Positions 36,890-48,789 of a stretch of 64,000 bases of DNA are shown one piece after another. Below the pieces are notes generated by a model that was given only the letters and a program-made list of their open reading frames with translations, ran no database searches and was not told the origin of the DNA. Both the position numbers and the translations under genes were made by a program. Source of the DNA: Epiperipatus broadwayi (Eukaryota; Animalia; Onychophora); assembly GCA_028023455.1 (NCBI GenBank), contig JAQFVV010000007.1, positions 17,980,001-18,044,000 of the forward strand. Direction: 5' to 3'. The first letter of the stretch is position 1. Each line of letters begins with the position of its first letter.

Positions 36890-37606
36890 CTAATAAAGCA
36901 CACCTGCTTAAAAGTTTCAACTGATTAGCTGCCTTCATCAGAACTACAATATTTAAAATTTACAGCCCCATATAATTAAATACCTAATCAAAATAAAATA
37001 CTAGTTTTCTACTTCACCTTTGAGTAGTAAGTAATTTAGATTGCGCTTTACGCAAAAAAGTGAAGCTTGTCTAAAATCTTATTAAAGAGTTATATGGCTA
37101 AGCACCTTCAGAGAACTTGAGTCTCCATAATCATAGCCTACTTTTAATTGAAGTTTAATTGTGGTTTATGTAAAATTTATGCAAATTTTATAATGATCAT
37201 TTTCTGGAGATTGCAAAGTATGATTCTTTCTGGTTTATTGCACAATTGTCATTTGCAATAAAGCACACCTCTTTAATCTTTTGTTTTATATCATTACATT
37301 CAGTGCATAGTGCCCTTACCATAGTGGGTTCGAACACATGGCCTGTTGTTTTTTGGTGCTCAAAGAATATGGATCTGTTTTCATCGTTATTTATAGCTCT
37401 CCAGTACAAATAATGATGTTGAGATGTTCTTGTTGTAATGTTGGCATGGGTCTCTTCATAATATGCCACTCTACATCCATTGGTTGGGCATGAAATCTTA
37501 TAAACTGCTTGGGCTATTTGATCTGAAAGTGCTTAGCCATATAACTCTTTAATAAGATTTTAGACAAGCTTCACTTTTTTGAGTAAAGCGCAATCTAAAT
37601 TACTTA
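36890..37606 (-). mobile_element. Penelope-like 3' end: GIY-YIG C-half, 3' UTR and decayed family P HHR, capped by an inverted copy of the UTR
   Basis: ORF 37197-37469 YYEETHANITTRTSQH...EHQKTTGHVF..VRAL..KQKIKEVCFI..AINQKES. Inverted arms 37028-37112 / 37522-37606. Minus-strand CUGAUGA (36935-41) A GGCAG-CUAAU-CAGUU GAAAC. Confidence 0.7.
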
Positions 37607-37778
37607 AATACCTAATATATATATAATACATAAAATATGCCTTAAGTATTAAATTATATGTAATTATATAATTAAAAAATATATTTTATGTCTTTTTTGT
37701 GTGTATTCATTGTAATTTATATATATATACATTTTGATGATTTAACCAAAAAACAGTAATATGGTTTTTATTGTTAAG

Positions 37779-38523
37779 ATTTGCTGAGTATGCTTTTCAT
37801 GTTAATGATCAGTATCATAGAGCTCATCTTTTGCCACAGAAAACATTACCCCATTTAGATAAATTTCCATGTTATGTAAATTTCCTATTTACATATTCAA
37901 TTTCTTTGACAAGAGGACCCAGGATTCTTTTTTGTTTACAGCATGGAGTTGTTAGCAAAGAATCAGGCTTCCTTGAATTTATGCTTCCTATCATTTCACT
38001 CAGAGCAAACAACTTTTACTCTCACCGAATTAAATGTGTGATCACTTTTTTACTCATGTTCTAAAAATGCTGATTTGTATTCTGGGTTATTTTCACATGG
38101 GTATACAAATATTTATGCTTATTTTCCTGCAATTCCCCATAATACACTGTGCTGCAGAAGAAATTTCAATTTTGTATACTTGTGGGGTTTCTTTAGAGAT
38201 ATCTTATTGTTCACATTATTTATTAATCTGTTTAGAGTGGTAGTGATTCTAAGGCTAACATTATATGTGTTAGCACAGATCCAGTGAGAGTAAAAGTGGT
38301 TTGCTCTGAGTGAGATGATAGAAAGCGAAAATTGAAGGAACCATGGTTTATCGATAACAATCCTGATGCTATAAACAAAAAAAGAATCCTGTGTTCCCTT
38401 GTCAAAGAAATGGAACATGTAAATAAGGCATTGATATAATGCAAACCTTATTTGATATTGCTTTCTGCAGCAAAAGACAAGTGCTGTGTCTGATTGTAAA
38501 TGGTGAAAGGACACTCAGCAAAT
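37779..38523. mobile_element. Penelope-like remnant: inverted pair of GIY-YIG C-terminus plus UTR (~260-bp arms)
   Basis: The plus arm translates DPVRVKVVCSE*DDRKRKLKEPWFIDNNPDAINKK; the left arm 37779-38042 is its diverged reverse complement. Confidence 0.7.
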
Positions 38524-39719
38524 TATGACAATAATAAAAATTGTGTTCCCTTTCCTTGGTTTAACATCCAAAATGTTTATATATTTATAAATTTAATTAT
38601 ATATTAAAACATTAATTATATGATCATATATGAATCAATTATTGTAGCTGTGCTGGACAGTTGAAATTGTAAGCAAATAATATCAAGGGATAAATAAAAT
38701 TTACTGTATTATAAAAAGTGAAAAAAGAAAAGTATCCTAAATGATATAAATCAGTAGCTATACAGTTATTTGGTAGTAAATATCTATTTTAATTAGAAGG
38801 TAAAACAAGGCAGGGAATTCAAAATTTTTTCTATTTGACAACTTGTAACGCAATTTCTATTGGCTTCTCCTTTATTATTTCTCTTTGAAAATGTTCAGAA
38901 ACAGTTGTTGGGTTGTAGAGGGCCATTCAAAGGTTATTGACATTATTTGAATAGCATTTAATATCTCATGATATAGGACTCACATCCACAATCTGGAATT
39001 TGTGTTTATTAGAACTAAACATTTTTAAAAGATAAACGAGAGTTTCCAAATAAGATCTCAATTTTAGTCAATGGTAACTGGCCAATAGCTAAACCAACTA
39101 GCAATCTAAGATCAGTTAGTGAAGTAAAAAAAATAATGAATACTCTTATCTGCAAACTTAAAAGTTGTATCTATTCTTTACTATTGTCAAACCTTGTGAA
39201 ATTCATGAACTGAAGTGCACTATTTAAAGATTGATTTTTTATGTTGTGAGATTATAAATAATTATTAGTATAATATGCATTTCAGGTTCCTTGTTAAATT
39301 GACATGACTACCATACACTTTTCAAAGATTTTATGAAAATTAATGCAAGCTTGTACACTAATAATGCTGTAAACATATATCACAGTAACTTTTCTATCAA
39401 AAATTTTTCTTGACATAATGCTTTACTTCTCTATATATATGTGTGTATGTCTGTTAAATAAAGTTTTTGTGTGTTTGTATATTAGACAATTGTAATACAA
39501 CTGCTTTTTAGGAATATAACCAGTCAAAACTTGTCATAAATTAAATAAAGTATGGTGAAAAATGTATTATAAGAAATATGGAGTTCACAATGATCGCAAG
39601 ACTTGTAGAAGTGTGCTACATCTCACTAATAATGAAAGTTGCACACTCATCTGATCAGTTTAGATTAGCCTCGACCATCTCCAACTAATAATAGCACAAT
39701 CATTTGCTGATAAATAATT

Positions 39720-39880
39720 GTTCAAAATTAGTTTTAGGATAGCTGTCTAAAACAAATCCCATGTGAGGTCGATGGATAAAATAAGCATGTTTTCTGATAT
39801 GAGAAGAGAGACTTAACTGGATTAAACTTAGAAAGACCTTCACCCAACAGTGGATAGATGGTGATTGAAAATGACCTAAA
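39720..39880 (+). mobile_element. RTE 3'-end remnant
   Basis: TGGATTAAACTTAGAAAGACCTTCACCCAACAGTGGAT resembles the RTE terminus. Confidence 0.5.
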
Positions 39881-40475
39881 AGTGCATTTTGATTTTCTTA
39901 AAAACTCACCCAAAGTTTCACATGGTTTCAAATTTTAGATAGAAGGGCATAGCAAACATATATGCTAATCACTTCATTGTAAGATTCTTATACCACATGT
40001 AAAATTATCTTTTTAATAAATAATTCCAAATACTCTTGTAAAAAAAATAACTTCTCTATATTATTTTTATACTATATATATATATTCTTTAAAGTCATTT
40101 ATTTTAATAAAGGCAGCGGCAACTGGCACCGAATGTGCATTGGGATTGTATTTAGTATTTTCAATATTTTCTCCAAAAATCTGGTATTACTATTGCCTTT
40201 AATTTGCATAAATTTGCATCACTCCGAGTCAATTTATTATAGTTTGTAATGCGGCTATGATTATGAGGGCTTTGACTCTTGAAAGCACTTAGCCATTTAA
40301 TGGAATAGATATTAAAATAAAAAATAATATATATTTTCTTTATTTGTTTTTAGCTTTGTGTGCTTGTGCATGTTAGCACATTTTATATATTTTGAATTAT
40401 ACACTTCAGTAACTGAGTTATCAGAATTACTTATAATATTTGAGTACAAGTATAGTGTACATACTGAACTCTAGA

Positions 40476-41099
40476 TGTAATTAGAGGGGATTTGAACACA
40501 AACTTTCAAGCTTTTTTCAGCTACCCACTCCATCTTATGTAACTGATACACATGACCACATACATGTGAAAAAGATAAATAATCTCCAATATACATATTT
40601 CATGCTGAACCAGCACTCATCAAGTCCAGATCATCATCTCCCACACATATAATCAGTTCTCAGTTTATATTAAGATAGAAAATCTTCAAACTTTAATGGA
40701 CAGACTTCAATCTTCTCAACCCTCTAACTATTCAACCAACCATATTGTTGAAAGTCTTATGATAGGCATGACAACAATATTGGCATCAACAAGGGCTTTG
40801 AGCATTCCATCATCATATATTCAATAATATGGATGGCTGAAGAGTTGGAAAGCAGGGAAGACAAAGCCCGTCCATTAAATTTGAAGATTTGCTATCTTAA
40901 TATAAACTGAGCAGTGATTATATGTGTGGGGGATAATGATTTGGACCAACTGATGAGTGCTGATTTAGCATGAAATATGTATACTGGAGATAATTTATCT
41001 TTTTCACACATATATATGGCCATGTGTATCGATTATATAATATGGAGTGGGTAGCAGAAGGGAGCACGAAAGTCTGTGTTCAAATCCCCTTTAATTACA
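40476..41099. mobile_element. Family R fold-back: two head-to-head partial monomers (~270-bp arms), one HHR per strand
   Basis: TGTAATTAGAGGGGATTTGAACAC at 40476 versus GTGTTCAAATCCCCTTTAATTACA ending 41099. Plus HHR core 40950-40983; minus HHR ~40585-40625 with a 4-nt deletion. Confidence 0.85.
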
Positions 41100-41994
41100 A
41101 AATTATTTATGAGTATTTTATAAAATAAAATTATCAATGAAGAAGATATTCTTTGTTAGAACATGCTTATTCCACATTATTTCCCACAACAATATTAATG
41201 TTAAAACCTCAAATTGTAGAAACTAAACCAAATTTAAAATTAAATACATTAGATCTAGTTATATATGATCAAAAGTTTAATTTATATAAAAAAAATTAAG
41301 GTGACTCCAGTGCTATATATTGATTTTGCTGTTCAGCTATGATTCTGCACCATCATCTGTAGGAGTAAGATTACCCACTAGTGGTGAAATCGCACCATTC
41401 TCTTCTGATCCGTTCAGATAAACTTTGATCCAGTTTGCTTTACTCTACAATTATTTACTTTTCAAGAGCTGAGGAATGTTTTCTAATTTATACTTAAACG
41501 GATAAAGTTATTAATTAAATATTGGCCTAATGTTGAGTAGACTAGAATTTTTAGAGTAGACCCGGATGTTTAATTAAAAACATATATTTTCTTGCAACTA
41601 TAGTTTTAATTGAAAACAAACTTTCTTTTTTTAAAAGTATGACTCATATTTTGATTCTTGGTTCATTCTACCGATTGCCATCTTTTCGAAAAAAAGACAA
41701 TTAGTAATGCAATTATCATTTTTTCCCCCAAAATTTTTGCATGACTCCTCAGACAATTATAACCCCTAATTTACAAACATTGCAATGAACTGATCAGCAT
41801 GTTATGTTCTTTGCCCAAAGGCAGGTCGAATACTTTAATCAATCTTGTGTGAGGAAATGGCACCACCCCCCGTCACTTTATCATCGTTCAATCTTAGCTT
41901 TCATATTCAAAGCTATCATTATCTCTGGTATTTAGATCATGATCATTGAAAAAAAGAAATCTTTTCCATTTTAAAGAAGATGATCTCCAAATCT

Positions 41995-42340
41995 TTTTTA
42001 TTTCCTTCTTTCTTTTTTGCCTTTTTTTTTCATTCCTTCAGCTCTTTCTTATTTTCTTTTTTTCTTGTTTCCTTCCTTTAATTTTTTGCTTTTTTTGTTT
42101 TTTCCCCTCCTCCCTCACTTCTTTTTTCCCTCAGTCCTTTCTTTGGTTTTTTCTTTTTTTATTGTTTCCTTCCTTTCATTTTTTCTTTCTTTGTTTCTTT
42201 TTCTCTCTTCTCTCTATCTCCTTTATTTTTTTCCTTCAGTCCTTTCTTTCATTTTTTTAATTTTTTTCTTAATTCCTTCCTTTCCTTTTTGTCTGTCTGT
42301 TTCTTTCCTCTCTCTCTTCTTTCTTTTCTTTCTCTCTTTC
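41995..42340. repeat. Polypyrimidine (T/C) low-complexity tract
   Basis: About 350 bp almost entirely T/C on +. Confidence 0.9.
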
Positions 42341-42349
42341 ACACACACA

Positions 42350-42490
42350 TGAGAAATGGGTAAATAAAATAAGGAAGTTTGTTGGTATGATGCAGAGAAA
42401 AGAGATCAGGTATTGGATAAACTGGATTCAACTTGGGGAGATTTCAATACAGCTATGGATCAGTTATAATTGGAAATGATGATGATTAAA
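42350..42490 (+). mobile_element. RTE 3'-end remnant
   Basis: AAATAAGGAAGTTTGTTGGTATGATG...ACTGGATTCAACTTGGGGAGA...GATGATGAT. Confidence 0.6.
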
Positions 42491-45187
42491 TAGCTGGTTA
42501 GATTATCTATGATCCAGCTACTTGAAGAAAAAAGTTCCAAACTCTATGATCCAAAACTCAAAGCCAGATCTTTGGCACAATAGTTAGATTTGCTACCCAC
42601 TGTGCTATTACATCCTGTTTTTTTTAACTTTATTAATAAAATTCTAATTTTATTTGAATCAAATATTTATTTATTTTATTTTCAGGTTATTTTTATTATT
42701 CACCACATAATTTTTTTTTTTTTTAAATTTGTAACTGTTAAATCAAAAGTTTGTTTTCCACAACCATAAATTTAAACAATACATGTACTTTGATAAAACG
42801 TTTTTATTTTTAGTCTTAAAAATGCAAATATATATACAGTAGTGCTATTCTATTTATACCTTCCAATAGAGTTAATTTACAAATATAAAATAAACAATTA
42901 CCCACACCTTCAATTCTACTTTCATTATGCTATTGCAAAAATAAGAACAGACGAAGGAAAAACACATCACTCATATGACTGAGTGTGAATCTATCCTTCC
43001 TCAGCAGTCTACATTATATTTCAATCATGGTTAGCTTGGAGTTTTACTCACCAGATAAAAATAATTAGGTATCCATTTATCAGTCGTGTTGTTTATAAAA
43101 TTGCACCCCTGAAATTTTCATAAGCCTATCTGAACAATTTTTAACAACCTCAAAAAATATTTTAGTTTTGCGCAGATTTAAAATGTGAAGATAACTGATT
43201 CCTACTTAGATAAACGATCACAAAACACACTAACGTTTATCTTTTCTGTTGAAAGACAGAATACGCACTCCTACTCTACTTTGGTGGTTTAGAACAGATT
43301 TCACAGATAAAGATACACAAAGTGAAGATTAACTTAAATTTTTTATGTTTGAATGTCACATGCTTTACTGAGCAAGGATTTGAGAACTTAAATTACCTCA
43401 ATTTAAACTCAATGTATTGGTTCTGATGCTAAGAATGCAATATTATCTAATAAGAACAAATTTGAGAGCTAAAGTTACTTGAATTGAAGCTCAACTAATT
43501 ATTTTTACTGCTTGGATGTCATATGATTTACTGAGCTCCCCCACCCCAGCATATAACTTTATTGACCAGGAGATCATAAGAAGTTCGATTTCAGATCTGG
43601 AATCTTGCGACCCCACAGTCAGATAGATGTCTTACTAATTGCCCAAAGTGCACAATGCATTTCCGAGCATTAATCATATGATGAATTCAAAGAAAGTGCA
43701 ATGTTAATTTCTATATATTACATATAAACGAGAAATATTCTCTCTCTATATAAACGACTTTTGTGGTATTTTACAGTGGAGAGAAGAATAAACTCAGAAA
43801 TATTTTCTAAAATCCATTTTTATTAAAAGTTCTTATAACGAACTATTGATAAACAGTGAAAAAAAAAAAGAATAAAACACCCCTCCCATCTTCCCTTAGC
43901 ATATCAAAGATTTCAATTGTTAAAAAAATGAAATAATGCAAAAAGTAAGAAAATATAGATAGTATTCTTAAAATCATCAAGAGGGATGTGCGAAATTATA
44001 AGATGTAGGGGTCACTTTCACACATAATAGAATTGATTGACAAAAAATGTTTGGATAGTTGCACATGAAAAATGTAGGAATACTTAGTACTTGTTAGAGA
44101 GTACATATTAAACAGATTTTTAGATTGTATGAGAGCTCATATAATGTTTATTTATTTCAAAGTGGCGACCCAGATTCAGACCAGTTATTTTATTTAATTC
44201 AAACTGCACCTACTTTTTACATAAAGCTTTCTATTTAATTATCATCATCAGTGATGTCATCTTATCATTATCAATCATTTTTCTATTATATACTTAGTGC
44301 ATCAGTGTGCAATCTGGTATATTTTTAGTCCTTATTCTTTCCCTCAGTTCTGACTCAGCTTCATCTTTTTTCTTTACAATATATTTCTGGTACTTACAAT
44401 AATTATCATTCATCTTTACTTTTCAATTATATGGCTGCTAACATTGGGAGGGGAAAGGGGCTGTATTTGGACCAACAGGTTTTTTCTCAAATGCCATACT
44501 GTCATATATATTTATTGGTATATATTTCACATATTTTTTAAGTACATAGTTTTTAGCAAACATGTAATCATGACAATCAGTCTTCATTTATCCTTTTTTC
44601 ATGTTAAAATCTATTACATCTTATTTTATCTTAGATATAAAGTTTTAAATTTAATATGAAGTTCAAATATATCTATAAAATTTAAAGAGAAGTAACCAAA
44701 ACCTTCTAGTGCTATATATAAACTAACACTAATATGTCAATAAATGCAAAGAATGTCATACAACTTACTTATTAAGCTTTAATGGGTATAAGCATTCATT
44801 TACTGATGTTGTTGAAAAGCAAAGATGAAATTTACATTTTAGCTTGATCCAAGTATGGTGCAGTTTGTTCACAATTTAACATTAGAGTATAAAGGCAAAG
44901 CTTCATTTTTAACCATCCCTGAATATTAAATGAAACATCAGTTTAGTAAATGTATTCATAAAAATGCATTGCCTAATGTATATGAAATTTAAACTGAAAT
45001 AATTAAAACTTCTGTGAGCTATTTGTGTTTATTGATGTATGCATGTTACTTTATACTTGATCTTAAAGCTTTTGGGCTACTTACATTTTATATACATTAA
45101 ACTATGAATTTTTATATTTAAATATATTTATAATATTTTTTTATAAATTTATAAAATTAAGAAACTTTTTCTAGTCTATTGTAAATT

Positions 45188-45415
45188 AAAACTATATACA
45201 CTGAAACACTCTCATAAGAAAAACTATAACTGCATGAAAATTATTATCAAAGCTAAATGCTTTTGAGGGCATTAAATGTTCTCATAGTCATAGCCTTGGA
45301 GGGATATGGCTATGACTATGAGAACATTTAATGCCCCTGAAACTGCTTAGCTTTGATAATATTTTTCACGCAATTATAGCTTTTCTTATGAAAATATTTT
45401 AGTGCATATAGTTTT
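45188..45415. repeat. Long hairpin (108-bp arms, 12-nt loop)
   Basis: 45188-45295 versus 45308-45415; the inner 29 bp GGGCATTAAATGTTCTCATAGTCATAGCC is perfectly complementary. Confidence 0.85.
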
Positions 45416-45417
45416 TT

Positions 45418-45626
45418 TGGTGCCGATATAGTATGCGCTCAGTGCCATTTAAAATTTTAAAACACCTCAAAAACACTGCTGTCATATGCAAATGATAAAT
45501 GACATCAACTATAAGCATGCCATTTTTTTGAAACGATGTGCTTTTAGTCAAGTTATTTGTCATTTGCATGTGTCAGCAGTGTTTTAAAATTCAAAATGGT
45601 GCTGAGCGTGTACTATATCAGTACCA
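45418..45626. repeat. Second long hairpin (~95-bp arms) immediately adjacent
   Basis: TGGTGCCGATATAGTATGCGCTCAGTGCCATT versus AATGGTGCTGAGCGTGTACTATATCAGTACCA. Confidence 0.8.
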
Positions 45627-45981
45627 TTTTTTAAATAAAGTTGCATAATAATCTTCCTTATTTAACTGTTTGACTTTTTCCAATCATGGCATAATAATCT
45701 GAGTCATTACAATTAATTTTCACTTTTATATTTTGAATGTAGAATTATTGGCATGTTAATGATTCATTGATTCATTAGATGCATCTCATTTGATGAATGA
45801 TCTAGAACTTTGACCTAAGTGAAAAAATCTGGCTGAGTGAAACACATGTAAACTGTTGCTATGTTTTTCATAAGATCTACAGTTATATCCACATAAATTT
45901 CTGGAGTGTAATTTCACTACACTATTTTCATGCAAGGTAGGGATTGATTTCTATATGCTTTTAATACTTGGTAGAGGAGTT

Positions 45982-46267
45982 TAATCATAAACATATGACC
46001 AAAGATATGTGAAAAATAGATATAATCTCCAAGATGCACATTTCATGCTGACCAATACTCATCAGTTGGTTCACATCGCAATCTCTTACACATATATTTA
46101 CCATTGTTTAGTATATATATATAGCCAATTACTATACTGAAAAATGATAAAGATATGTGGAAGAGATTGTGATCTGGACCAATTGATGAGTACTGGTTCA
46201 GAATAAAATGTGCATCATGGGAATCATATCTATTTTTCACATATTCTTGGTCAGATGTTTATGACTA
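45982..46267. mobile_element. Family R subfamily B fold-back with two opposed HHR motifs
   Basis: Minus: CCAA CUGAUGA(46059-65) GUAUUG-GU-CAGCAU GAAA UGUGCAU C UUGG. Plus: decayed TTGATGA at 46183 ...AAAATGTGCATC. Arms ~115 bp. Confidence 0.8.
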
Positions 46268-47879
46268 CACCCCTTCACAATGTATTAAAAATGGATAGAA
46301 ACCAGCCCATACCTTGTGTGAGAGTGATAGTGAAAATCATACTGCAGAATTAATTAAGTAGATAGTTTCTGGACTAATGAATGATTAATAAAAATTATTA
46401 ATATACAGTTATATGTTTGAAATGAAAGAATGAGCATTCATTGTAGATATGAAAAATGTAAGTACAAAGATATGAATGGTTAAAAGATTAAGATTATCAT
46501 GAATCTATATAAAGAATATAATAGATATATTTCATGTTTGCTAAATTTAATTTTACATTAATGCTAAATGAATAATGATAATTAGGTGCTATATTTATTG
46601 CTTTCTAAAACTACAGCTATATAAAATAACTTTATGTAGTAAACATAGATAACACTGCTAAGAATTTACAGCAGTAAGATGTTTTATTTATTTTGTCTGG
46701 GTTTTTTTAGTTAACAAAATATCATAAAGGAACCTGTAGAGATTACATCGAAAAATCAAATTTAATAATAGCCTAATTAAGTCTTTCAGTTCAGCAACTG
46801 TGGCCATAAAGTTGCTGTTGCCCCTGGGTAAACAATGTTTAAATCCTTATAAAAAGTTTTTTACATATTAATTATTTAGTTGAATGTAAAAATTTGTGGT
46901 TGAATATCTAGAAAAATGCATATTGATTTAAGATAAGTCTTTGAACAGCTTAAGTATCACGAAAATATAATAAAGAAACCTATAGAGGTTCCATTCAGAA
47001 GATGGGTTCATTAAAGACCTTACTAAATTATTTATTTGGTCATGATATCCATCAATCTACATTTTATTTGGAAAAAAATGGTTTGTAACTTTATAAAAAG
47101 TCCTTTTTTGTTTCATTTTTTTGGTTAAATATTGATTCTTTACTAAATATTTGAAAATGCATCTTGCTGTGAAGTGAGCCGAGAGGTCATCACGGCTGCC
47201 TTGCAAGCAAGTAGTTGGTTGCAGACGGTTGTGGGCTCACGTCCCGGCTGGTGCTATGACATATGAAAAAAAAAAACATTGCATCTGGAGACATTGAATA
47301 AGATTTTATTAGCCATGTTTGAGAAAATAATGCAAATGATGTTTTAATAGTTGTGTTAAAAGGTTTTATGAAAAACACTGAAAAAAAATTTACCCAATTT
47401 CATGTGTGTAAAAAATATACAGTTTATCAGACTTAGCAGAATTTTTTTGACTGCAGAATAATAATTAAATGAATTTAAAGTTCTTTGACTAAAGGCTAGT
47501 TAGGAAATTTAATCCTTAACGTATTATGCAAGTAGTAGTGTTATTCTAACAAAAAATTAAAGGAATTCTAATATAAGTAATAGAGATCACAGTCATTATA
47601 AACTAACTGTATTATTGAGAATTAAATTTTTGACTGAAGTTTTAGAAATGTTTAGATTATGTGCTTGTTAAAAGATTATTATTAATTAATTATATGACTG
47701 AAGCTTTTTTGACAGGGCTAATGATCATTTGATCTCCATTCAGGATCCCACCAATCAGAAAATAAGATTTACACTTAGTTGTTGACAACTATCAGAAAAA
47801 TAGACTACACTCATTAAGATTGGTAAACGTTCTAAAGTATTTCATTTAACAAACAGCCCAATTTCGAAATACAATCTAA

Positions 47880-48780
47880 GATTTTTTAAAAAACAAATAT
47901 CACATAGTGTTTTCCTGAAGGTTTGTGATGATGGTATATTAGTTGTATTCATATATTGAGTTATTTTCTTCATCTAATATTAAGTACTGAATGTCTTTAG
48001 AAAAAAAAATCTAAATTTTATTTACATTTTCCAATTACATTCAACTGTTAATAATTGCATACAGGTTAGTATATGTGCAATGTTTTGAGGGATATTATTT
48101 CTCTCTGTTCTTCAGGTGTTCCTGGCCTGATCAGTGTCAGTACTAGCATGAGAATTGAAGCTGGACTCTTAGATTCTTGAATTTTAAAGTAATTTTTTAA
48201 CCAACTAAGCCTTTGACAGGATGGTTTAGTTGGTTAGAGTATTATCTTAAAATTCGATATTCAATAATCTAAGCATCCAGGTTTGATTTTCATGCTAATA
48301 TTGTCAGTGGATGGGCCTGCAACACTCGAAGAAGAGAGTATAATAATACTATTTGAAACATAGTGCATATATTAGCAGTTGAATGTAATTGGAAAATTTA
48401 AATAAAGTTAAATGTTTTTAAAGACATTGAATACTTAATATTAGATGATGGAAATACCTACTGCATGTACATTTTAAAACAAACAGTGAAGAGTTTGAAA
48501 GCTAAAACTATCACTTATGTGCTTAAACCTCACATAATTTTTTGAGGAAGTTTTTAATGATATATTAAAGTCATCAACAAAATGATTTAATCCTATACTC
48601 CATAATGATTTTCTGAAGGTTTGCGACAATGGCATTCTAGTTGTATTTATATCTTGGACTATTTCAATCACATAATATTAAATATTGAATGTCTTTAAAA
48701 AAATGTAACTTCATTTAAAATTTTTAATTACAATCAACCGTTAGTAATAGCACACAGTTTAGAGTATACACAATATTTCA
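47880..48780. mobile_element. Cluster of family S repeats (tRNA-like head plus HHR-like motif): inverted pair centred ~48215 and a further inverted tail ~48560-48780
   Basis: TTAACCAACTAAGCC..GGATGGTTTAGTTGGTTAG palindrome; 47990-48110 is the reverse complement of 48320-48450; 47910-48070 is repeated at 48608-48770. Confidence 0.65.
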
Positions 48781-48789
48781 GGTGGTCAA

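Noticed and set aside
41946-42352. Phe/Leu/Ser-rich ORFs
   Set aside because: Translation artefacts of the polypyrimidine tract.
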